Positions 1-11,130 of a DNA stretch of 64,000 nucleotides are shown here, in pieces. The stretch lies in assembly GCA_963755715.1 (NCBI GenBank), contig CAVWLW010000004.1, positions 1-64,000 on the forward strand, read 5' to 3'. This DNA comes from an uncultured delta proteobacterium (lineage in GTDB: Bacteria; Desulfobacterota; Binatia; UBA9968). The position numbers and the translations under genes were made by a program. The stretch's first letter is position 1. Every line of letters begins with the position of its first letter. The notes under the pieces were generated by a model. It was not told where the DNA came from, did no database searches, and saw nothing but the letters and a program-made list of their open reading frames with translations.

Positions 1-374
1 CTCGACATCAGGCAGTGTTGACCGTCTTCTTCGTGCCGCCCAGCATCGAACCCGCTCAAAGCCATCGAACTCCGGGTTAGCGGCTAAAACTCGATCGAAG
101 TTTCGCTTGCCATCGGCGTCCCGCTGTAAGTCAGCCCTTCCAAGCGAGCGACCGTGTCGCAAAGCGGGGGTGTTGGCAAGTTAGAGGGCGCTGGGTTATA
201 CGAGATGATACTCCTCATCGATGTAAAAATCGCGAACGACTCATGGGCCGCCACCCTGCTGTTTCTCAACGGCAACTACAACATGGCTTTCGTTTTTAGG
301 ATGGCGGTGAGGTTCAAGGTTGGAAGGCTTTGTCCGAAGTCTTGCGGGCACTACCGCACGTAAACCTAGGCTCG

Positions 375-2380
<2,006 letters not shown>

Positions 2381-2413
2381 CTAAGACAAAACCATAAAAC
2401 ATGCTATATTGCT

Positions 2414-2803
2414 ATGTGCTTGATCATGCCGCTACTTTCTTCCGTACTGCAGCGCTGGCCGATCTACCTGTTCAGCGCGCTTATTATCCTAATCGCTTTG
2501 GACACCATGGTGGGTGAACGGGGCGCTTTGCATTTATGGCGCTTGCGCGGCGAAAAGAATCGCCTCGATGAACAGAATTTTCGTATGCAAAAGGAAAATG
2601 AAGTGTTGCGGGAGCGAGTCTATCGGCTGCGCAATGACAATGCGTTCCTTGAAAAACTAGCGCGCGAAGAGCTCAATTTAGTGCGGCCCGGTGAAGTCGT
2701 CTATCGCTTTCCCAACCGCGAAACGCGCGCCGCCGCGCGCAAAAGTATCGACGAGCCCGCTCGATCAGCTCGACCCGAAACGGCACAAAAAGATGCTCGC
2801 TAA
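2414..2803 (+). CDS. ftsB: Septum formation initiator (FtsB/DivIC family)
   Basis: One N-terminal TM, G-x-x-G, coiled coil, then LEKLAREELNLVRPGEVVY, the DivIC/FtsB signature. Start at 2414 or 2426. Confidence 0.85.
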   Translation: MCLIMPLLSSVLQRWPIYLFSALIILIALDTMVGERGALHLWRLRGEKNRLDEQNFRMQKENEVLRERVYRLRNDNAFLEKLAREELNLVRPGEVVYRFPNRETRAAARKSIDEPARSARPETAQKDAR

Positions 2804-2872
2804 ATCCTTCCGACTTGACGCTAGCTGGATTGAGATCGTTTCGTCGCACGCGGGCAATGCCAATGATGAAGT

Positions 2873-3259
2873 TTACGACTTGTCCTTGAAAACGAAATGG
2901 TAGTACTCATCCATGTCCATTAGGTCTTCGAGCTCAGAGTCGTCTTTCAAACGCACTTCAATGAGCCATCCTTCGTTGTAGGGATCCTCGTTAATAATCG
3001 AAGGATGTTCTTCGAGCTGCGGATTAACCGTCAGCACGACACCGGAGACGGGTGAAATAAGCTCATGAACCGTGGACACGGACTCGATCTCGGCAAAGAT
3101 TTCGCCTTCTTCGATCGGATCACCGACATCGGGCAACTCCACGGAAATGACCGCGCCGAGCGCTTCTTGAATGTAATTGGTCAATCCCAAGTGGACATGA
3201 CGATCCTCAATGCCCGCCCACACGTGCTGTTTGCTGACTTTGACTTCTTTTTCCGTCAT
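2873..3259 (-). CDS. Glycine cleavage H-like protein lacking the lipoyl-lysine
   Basis: H-x-W, GLTNY, LG-x-V-x-x-VELP, SPVSG, INEDPYNEGWL all match GcvH, but ESVK is replaced by ESVS. Confidence 0.85.
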   Translation of the reverse strand: MTEKEVKVSKQHVWAGIEDRHVHLGLTNYIQEALGAVISVELPDVGDPIEEGEIFAEIESVSTVHELISPVSGVVLTVNPQLEEHPSIINEDPYNEGWLIEVRLKDDSELEDLMDMDEYYHFVFKDKS

Positions 3260-3409
3260 ATTGACTTTTTTCGATCACTATAGGTGTTGTCATTCATGTG
3301 TCAAGAGAGCCCGTCGTAGGTTGAGCAACTTGACAACATCCTAACCATAAGAGCAAGCTGTGGCTTGTCTCACCAACCAAAGTGGGATGATTTCCCAATA
3401 GGAATTCCG

Positions 3410-3922
3410 ATGGATCAGCAAACCGCGAAGACCTCAGCCGCCGCCATCGTCGCCGGACTAAAAAAAGCCGGCATCGATTTCGTAGCCAGCTTGCCCGACG
3501 AGAAAATGCTCGAAGTGATCCGCGCCGTGGAAACGGATCCGGATCTGAAGCACGTGCCACTTTGCCGCGAAGAAGAAGGCATCGGTATCTGCGCCGGCGC
3601 CTATTTGGCCGGAAAAAAGACGGCGATCATCATGCAAAATGCCGGCTTCCTCAACAGCTGCAACGCGCTCACCACCACATCGTTGCAGTTTCAAATTCCC
3701 ATCTTGATGCTGATCTATTATGCCGGGGACCTGGGCGATCGCGGCTTTACCACTCTCGGCGCGGTGACAGAGCCGGTGCTTCAGGCGATGGGTTTTCGCA
3801 CTTACGTGCTGCGCCGGAGAGACGAGATCGATGAAATTTTGCAAGGCGCGCAGATTTTGGCGGACGACGCCAAAAAGCCGGTGGCGGTGTTGTTGGCTAA
3901 AAGCGTCCTCGGGGTAAACTAA
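3410..3922 (+). CDS. Sulfopyruvate/phosphonopyruvate decarboxylase-like alpha subunit (TPP PYR domain)
   Basis: GIDFVASLP, CREEEGIGICAGAYLAGKK, MQNAGF-x-N, typical of ComD-like proteins. Confidence 0.85.
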   Translation: MDQQTAKTSAAAIVAGLKKAGIDFVASLPDEKMLEVIRAVETDPDLKHVPLCREEEGIGICAGAYLAGKKTAIIMQNAGFLNSCNALTTTSLQFQIPILMLIYYAGDLGDRGFTTLGAVTEPVLQAMGFRTYVLRRRDEIDEILQGAQILADDAKKPVAVLLAKSVLGVN

Positions 3923-4531
3923 ATGCAGCGTTATGACTATTTGAAAACAATTGGCGGCGCAGCGAAAGATGCTTTGACCGTTTGCACCGGCTGGGGCGCG
4001 CGCGAGTGGTGGGCGGTCCACCCTGGCGAAGGCAATCTCAAGACTCGCACCCTTGGCTTGGTTTCGTCGATCGCCGCCGGTTTGGCTATCGCTCTACCGA
4101 ACCGTAAAGTGATCGCGATCGATGGCGACGGCGCGTTTCTTATGAACCTATGCGGCCTGCCGACTATTGCACTGCAAAACCCGGGCAATCTCATTCATCT
4201 TCTGTTCGACAACGAAATTTATGAAGCATCGGGCGGCACGGCGACCGCTTCGCGCCATTCTGACGCGGTTGTGATCGCGCAGGGCGCCGGATACAAACAC
4301 GCGAGATGGCTCACGACCCTGGAAGAATTTCACGCCGAGTTCGTGCGCGCGTGGGAGCGGAACGAGTTGACGTTGCTCGCCGTCAAAGTCGATCCCGGCC
4401 AGCCCAAGAATCTGCCGCCGCTGCGCCTAGATGAAATTGAGAACAAGTATCGCTTCATCCGCTATCTGGAAGCGACGGAGAAAAAGAATATTTTGAACCC
4501 GGGTTTTGACTCGAAACTCGGCGCTACTTGA
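3923..4531 (+). CDS. Sulfopyruvate decarboxylase-like beta subunit (TPP-binding domain)
   Basis: IDGDGAFLMN...DNEIY TPP motif; its ATG directly follows the stop codon of the alpha subunit. Confidence 0.85.
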   Translation: MQRYDYLKTIGGAAKDALTVCTGWGAREWWAVHPGEGNLKTRTLGLVSSIAAGLAIALPNRKVIAIDGDGAFLMNLCGLPTIALQNPGNLIHLLFDNEIYEASGGTATASRHSDAVVIAQGAGYKHARWLTTLEEFHAEFVRAWERNELTLLAVKVDPGQPKNLPPLRLDEIENKYRFIRYLEATEKKNILNPGFDSKLGAT

Positions 4532-5573
4532 CCCGCAGGCGCGCCTGCTCGGTTTCGACCGCCGGCGCCTCGCTTAGACGAGATTCTGGCGATTCTTTGG
4601 TCAGCGCCATGTCTGCGCGTGACATCTCGCCGTCGCGACGCTGCAAGCCTATCCAATTCCACTGATCCGGATACTCTCGGATCGCCGCCTCGATCCGGCG
4701 GGTGTACAGCGCAGTAGTACCCACAACGCTCGCTTCGAGATCATCGCTTCTCAGTGGCAGAATCGGCGCATCGACCCTAAGCACTATCCTATCCGCCGAG
4801 CGCCTGATCGCAAACATCGGCAGAGTCGCCGCCTCCGTACGCAACGCCAGCGTCGCCGGACCGCGCGGCGCCGGAACTTTCACGCCAAAGAAATCGACCG
4901 TCACGTCGCCGGATCTAAACTCATCGGCAATGATTAGAACAATACGGTTTTCGCGCAGCGCCTGTAAAATGCCGCGCACAGCCTGGCGACGGGGTTTTGC
5001 AGCAATCGTATGAATACCGATTTGCCGGCGATAATGATCCAGCAACTTTGCAAAGCGTTGGTTGCGCGGAGACTTGATGACCGCGCTAAATGGATAACCG
5101 CTCGCAGCCAGACGCGCGCCGATCAGCGTGAAGCTCCCCAAGTGCGCGCTCAAGGCAAGCACGCCTTTGCCTTTCTCGAGTGCGCGCTGGATATGTTCTT
5201 CTCCCTCCAAGACGACGGTAGAAATAATTCTCTCCCTGGAGAAATGCATCACCCTGGCGGTTTCGAGCACTCCCTGCGCAAAGTTCAGCCAGGCACGCCA
5301 GGCTAACTTTTGCCGTTCACGAGGATCAGGAATTTCTTGGCCTAGGACCGACTCAATATTTTCCGCCATGCGCTTGCGGTAACCGCGCATAAAGATGAAG
5401 GTGGCACGCGCCATAAGGCGCGTGAAGCCCCGTGTCATCCCGTTGGGGATATAGGGAAGAATGTGGACAAAGCTACGCAATGCTTGCTCACCGCAGCGAT
5501 AGCGAAAATTGTATAACAGCTCGCGGAGCTTTGACTTGCCCGGTTTTCTGACCAGGCGGCTTTGGTGTTTCAT
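4524..5573 (-). CDS. Lipid A late acyltransferase / lysophospholipid acyltransferase (LpxL/HtrB family)
   Basis: GKGVLALSAHLGSF, VDFFG, IREYPDQWNW. Start uncertain. Confidence 0.85.
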   Translation of the reverse strand: MKHQSRLVRKPGKSKLRELLYNFRYRCGEQALRSFVHILPYIPNGMTRGFTRLMARATFIFMRGYRKRMAENIESVLGQEIPDPRERQKLAWRAWLNFAQGVLETARVMHFSRERIISTVVLEGEEHIQRALEKGKGVLALSAHLGSFTLIGARLAASGYPFSAVIKSPRNQRFAKLLDHYRRQIGIHTIAAKPRRQAVRGILQALRENRIVLIIADEFRSGDVTVDFFGVKVPAPRGPATLALRTEAATLPMFAIRRSADRIVLRVDAPILPLRSDDLEASVVGTTALYTRRIEAAIREYPDQWNWIGLQRRDGEMSRADMALTKESPESRLSEAPAVETEQARLRVK

Positions 5574-5670
5574 TGGTGCGTCATTTAAAGACAAAAGGCG
5601 CTGAAAGAAAAGGGCGGCGACAGACTCGATCTATCGCCGCCCGCAAAAATGCTCAAAGAATTTATTCGCG

Positions 5671-6138
5671 TTATCGACTCGCCGCCCGGCGCAGCCGCTG
5701 TCCGGACCGACGTGAAAGCGCCATTCGGCGCTTGTGTTTTCTCGACCGCGGCGCGAGCCGATAAACTTTGGCTTGGCTGCGTTGCGCCAAGGAATTTTCC
5801 TTCCAGGTCGCTAGCCCCCGCCTGATATAATCGGGACTTAATCCCAGCCCTTCGCAGATACTATCGAAAGCAAAGACCCCTTCTCCGGCCGCTTGCTGAA
5901 TCCAATCCTCGGCCTCTTGAAACAGCGCCTTACCTTTGGCGTCCGTGGCGGAGACATACTTTTGAAAACACGCGATGGCGTCTTCTAAAATCGCCAGCAT
6001 CAGTTTCTTTTCCGGCTCCAGATGCACTTTACGCCGATAGGTGTCGAGATACTGATCCGGCAAAAGCGTGTCCGGCTGAAACAGCGAGGTCACACGTTCT
6101 TCCATACTAAGCCCAGTGTCATAACTCATAGTCACCAC
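5671..6138 (-). CDS. Hypothetical protein with a basic C-terminal tail
   Basis: 155 aa ORF with a GGAGGT RBS; EPEKKLMLAILEDAI...EAEDWI...FAFDSICEGLGLSPDYIRRGL. No function recognised. Confidence 0.7.
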   Translation of the reverse strand: MVTMSYDTGLSMEERVTSLFQPDTLLPDQYLDTYRRKVHLEPEKKLMLAILEDAIACFQKYVSATDAKGKALFQEAEDWIQQAAGEGVFAFDSICEGLGLSPDYIRRGLATWKENSLAQRSQAKVYRLAPRSRKHKRRMALSRRSGQRLRRAASR

Positions 6139-6193
6139 CTCCCGTTAGGGTGCGGCCTAAATCCGGACGAATGGGAAAAAACTCTTTCATCCG

Positions 6194-6649
6194 TTATGCC
6201 GCACTCGAAAGAGAAGAAGAATTTATCAATTCCTTGCAGGCAGGTTGCCGCAAGGCCGCAATCGTTGTCCGATTGAGTACTTCGGTAATACTGCGTTGCA
6301 CCTCACTCCACACGCCGATCATCGTGCAGCGGGGCAATTGGTCACAGCTCAACTCATTGTCCATGCAAATGTTGACCGCGATCGGTCCTTCGATCGCCTC
6401 TATGACGTCATAGAACGAAATCGCATCTGCCGGACGCGCCAGCATATATCCGCCCAGGGAACCTCTTTTCGACTTGATCAGCCCGCCGCGAATCAAGTCT
6501 TGAATGATCTTTTCCAAAAATTTGCGCGGCACGCCTTGACGCTTGGCGATCTCAGCTATGGAACAGCATTTCTCCGGGTCTTGATCTGAAAGATAAATCA
6601 CCGCGCGCAGACCATAATCGACCCGTCGAGGAATCTGCATCAGACCCAT
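6194..6649 (-). CDS. Rrf2-family regulator (IscR-like, three C-terminal Cys)
   Basis: DYGLRA, wHTH, SKRGSLGGYMLARP, IEG, C-x6-C-x5-C; last gene of the Fe-S operon. Confidence 0.9.
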   Translation of the reverse strand: MGLMQIPRRVDYGLRAVIYLSDQDPEKCCSIAEIAKRQGVPRKFLEKIIQDLIRGGLIKSKRGSLGGYMLARPADAISFYDVIEAIEGPIAVNICMDNELSCDQLPRCTMIGVWSEVQRSITEVLNRTTIAALRQPACKELINSSSLSSAA

Positions 6650-6653
6650 AGCT

Positions 6654-7880
6654 CTACCCCCTTGCCCTGAGCTTATCGGCCGCGGCGGCTCCCGCGGCGC
6701 GCGGCTGCTGCGCATGACGCAGCTTGCCCAGGGCCGAAAGCCCCTCTAAGCGTTGGACGATTGCCGGCATCTTTTCGTTCACATAAAGCACTTCTTGTCG
6801 AGTATTAAATCGGCTCAAACTGAAACGGACCGCGCCTTGCAGCCAATCAGCGGGTACTTTCATAGCACGCAGAACGTGCGACGGCTCGGACGATCCCGCG
6901 GTGCAGGCGGAGCCGGTCGAGGCGCATATTCCTTGCTGATCTAGAAGCACCAGGATCGACTCCCCTTCCAAATATCGAAAACTGATATTCGAAGTATTCG
7001 GCAAGCGATTTTGCGCCCGGCCATTGACTCGGCTGCCTGGGCACGACTCGAGCAACAATTCTTCGAGCTGATCGCGCAGCGCCTTTATTCCAACCGCGTC
7101 CTCGGACATGTGACCGAGTGCGATCTCTGCCGCCTTGCCCATGCCGATGATGGCCGCGACATTTTCAGTTCCGGCACGGCGATTGCGCTCTTGATGACCA
7201 CCGATCATAAACGGCGAAAACGTCAAGCCGCGCCGCACGTAAAGCGCGCCGACTCCCTTCGGCGCGTGGAACTTGTGAGCCGAGATCGTTAACAAGTCGA
7301 TCGGCAAATCCTTTACTTTAAGCGGCAACTTCCCCGCGGCCTGCACCGCGTCGACGTGAAACGGAATGCCTTTCGATCGGACGATCTCAGCGATTTTTTC
7401 GATCGGAAAAATTACGCCGGTCTCGTTGTTCGCCCACATGATCGATACCAACGCGGTGTCGTCGGTCAGCGCGGAGCGAAGCTCGTCAAGGTCGAGCGCT
7501 CCGTTTTCATCCACGCCCAACCACGTGACGCGGCAACCTTTTTTCTCCAAGTGCTGGCACAAACCCAGCACCGCCGGGTGTTCAACCTGAGTGGTTACGA
7601 TGTGGCGTTTATCCGGGCGCGCTTCGAGCATGCCGCGGATCGCCGCGTTATCGCCTTCCGTGCCGCAACTGGTGAAAATCACTTCGATGGGATCGGCGGC
7701 GCCGATCAGAGCGGCGACCTGCGCCCGCGCTTGATCGACTTTCTGGCCGACCTCGCTGCCGAAACGATGGATGCTCGACGGATTGCCATAGTGCTCCGTC
7801 AAAAACGGCAACATCGCTTCTGCGACCTCGGGCAACACTCGGGTCGTCGCATTGTTATCGAAGTAAATCTCGCCCGCCAT
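6654..7880 (-). CDS. nifS: Cysteine desulfurase, NifS-like
   Basis: [48 protein letters not shown]. Confidence 0.9.
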   Translation of the reverse strand: MAGEIYFDNNATTRVLPEVAEAMLPFLTEHYGNPSSIHRFGSEVGQKVDQARAQVAALIGAADPIEVIFTSCGTEGDNAAIRGMLEARPDKRHIVTTQVEHPAVLGLCQHLEKKGCRVTWLGVDENGALDLDELRSALTDDTALVSIMWANNETGVIFPIEKIAEIVRSKGIPFHVDAVQAAGKLPLKVKDLPIDLLTISAHKFHAPKGVGALYVRRGLTFSPFMIGGHQERNRRAGTENVAAIIGMGKAAEIALGHMSEDAVGIKALRDQLEELLLESCPGSRVNGRAQNRLPNTSNISFRYLEGESILVLLDQQGICASTGSACTAGSSEPSHVLRAMKVPADWLQGAVRFSLSRFNTRQEVLYVNEKMPAIVQRLEGLSALGKLRHAQQPRAAGAAAADKLRARG

Positions 7881-7884
7881 AATT

Positions 7885-7909
7885 GTTCTCTGACTTCTGA
7901 CTACTGACC
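7885..7909 (+). repeat. Short degenerate heptamer tandem repeat (CTGACTT/CTGACTA/CTGACCG) between sufB and nifS
   Basis: ttctctgacttctgactactgaccg, read directly from the sequence. Confidence 0.5.
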
Positions 7910-7915
7910 GCCGCT

Positions 7916-9376
<1,461 letters not shown>

Positions 9377-9393
9377 TTTTGTTCCCTACTTCA

Positions 9394-9723
9394 CTAAACC
9401 GCGAATGACGCGCCGCAGCCGCAGGATTTCTTGACGTTCGGATTCTGAAAAACGAAACCGGACTGCATCAGCTCGTCTTTATAGTCGAGCTCCGTGCCGC
9501 TCAAATAAAGCAAGCTCTTCATATCGACTAAAAGCTTAGCGCCGTCCTTTTCAAAAACCTTGTCGGTCGCCTTCGGCGCGTCGAAATCGACTTTGTACTG
9601 CAAGCCCGAGCAGCCGCCGCCGACCACCTTGACTCTCAGCGCCTGTCCCTCGCGGCTCTCGGCGGCGATCAATTCTTTGATCCGCGCCGCGGCACGCTCG
9701 GTGAGGCTAACTCCCATGGCCAT
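9394..9723 (-). CDS. iscA: A-type Fe-S carrier (IscA/SufA/HesB)
   Basis: GGGCSG and CGCGASF motifs. Confidence 0.93.
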   Translation of the reverse strand: MAMGVSLTERAAARIKELIAAESREGQALRVKVVGGGCSGLQYKVDFDAPKATDKVFEKDGAKLLVDMKSLLYLSGTELDYKDELMQSGFVFQNPNVKKSCGCGASFAV

Positions 9724-9751
9724 CGATCTTCCTCCTCTAAACCTAAACCCT

Positions 9752-10988
9752 TTACGAAAGCCGCTCAGCCGGCTTGGGCTCGGCTTGTCGGCGCTTTTGT
9801 AGCTTGGCTCTAGCCTTGTAAGCAGGGGAAATCTCTCTCAAGCGACGCACCTCTTCGCTAACCCGCTGCACGGCATAGTCTATCTCATCGACTGTATTGA
9901 AACGGCCCAACCCGAAGCGAATCGAAGCATGGGCCAAGGAATCCTCTAAACCAATCGCTTTCAAGACGTAAGAAGGCTCGAGGCTCGCCGATGTACAGGC
10001 CGAACCGGTCGACACGGCGATTTCTTTGAGTCCCATCATCAATGATTCGCCTTCGACATAAGCAAAACTCAGGTTCAAGTTACCCGGCAAGCGCTGCACC
10101 GCATCGCCGTTGATCCTGACGTCCTCAATCTGTGCGAACAAACCGGCTTTCAACCGCTCTCTTAACGCGATCAGCCTTTCGGCTTCCGCGCCCATTTCCT
10201 GTTGTGCCAGTTCGGCAAGCCTTGCCCAAGCCGACGATTCCGGGAACGTTCAAAGTGCCTGATCTCATGCCGCGCTCATGGCCGCCGCCGTCAATCTGCG
10301 CGGTAATTTTGACTCGCGGTTTGGTCGCGCGCACATAGAGCGCGCCAATGCCTTTGGGGCCGTAGATCTTGTGCGCGGTCAGAGAAAGTAAATCGATGCC
10401 CATATCTTCGACGTTGAGCGGAATTTTGCCCACTGCCTGAGTAGCGTCGCTATGAAAGAGAATACCTCTTTCTTTAGCCAATCGGCCGATCTCTTTTGTC
10501 GGTTGGAGTATACCGATCTCGTTATTCGCAGCCATGATCGAAATCAAAATTGTTCTATCGGTAAGCGCGTCGCGCAACCGTTGCAAATCGACAAATCCGT
10601 CCGCATTCACAGGCAAATAGCTGATCTCAAAACCGCGCTTTTCTAAAACCTTGCAACAATCCAAAACCGCCTTGTGCTCGGTCACACAAGTGACGATGTG
10701 ATTGCCCTTTTCGCAATGCGCCTCGGCCACGCCTTTGATGGCAAGATTATCCGATTCGGTGGCGCCGCTGGTAAAGACGACTTCTCGCGGTGAAGATGCG
10801 CCGATCAGTCGCGCCACCTGCTCGCGCGCGGAATCTACCGCGGCTTCAGCTTCCCAACCGAAAGCATGGTTTTTGCTCGCCGCGTTACCGAACCGCTCCA
10901 AAAAATAGGGAAGCATGGCATCCAACACGCGCGGGTCGACCGCCGTAGTGGCATTGTTGTCGAGGTAAATCGGCGTAGTGACTTTCAT
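9752..10988 (-). CDS. iscS: Cysteine desulfurase IscS, split by one extra base near 10214
   Basis: [38 protein letters not shown] in ORF 10125-10988; [23 protein letters not shown] in ORF 9752-10195. Deleting one C gives GKACELAQQEM. Confidence 0.92.
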
Positions 10989-10999
10989 TGCTGGCTCTT

Positions 11000-11024
11000 A
11001 TTACAGACTAATTAGGTCTGATAT
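11000..11024 (-). promoter_or_regulatory. IscR type-1-like operator palindrome
   Basis: Minus strand ATATCAGACCTAATTAGTCTGTAAT: CAGAC-N7-GTCTG dyad in a 25 bp AT-flanked box, between the -10 and the iscS start. Confidence 0.7.
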
Positions 11025-11025
11025 C

Positions 11026-11054
11026 AAGTTAACCAATATTCAGCGTCGAGTCAA
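11026..11054 (-). promoter_or_regulatory. sigma70 promoter of the Fe-S operon
   Basis: TTGACT-N17-TAACTT on the minus strand, upstream of iscS. Confidence 0.65.
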
Positions 11055-11130
11055 CCAACTTATTGATTCTTATGAATTCAATTAACCTATTGGAATATCA
11101 GCAAATTCCAATCGAAACTGACATGAGCTT

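Noticed and set aside
1-363. Short ORFs at the window start
   Set aside because: No recognisable motifs or RBS, and stops in several frames; no call can be supported.
3410-4531. comDE as evidence of coenzyme M biosynthesis
   Set aside because: No comA/B/C genes nearby; the family includes decarboxylases of unknown substrate.
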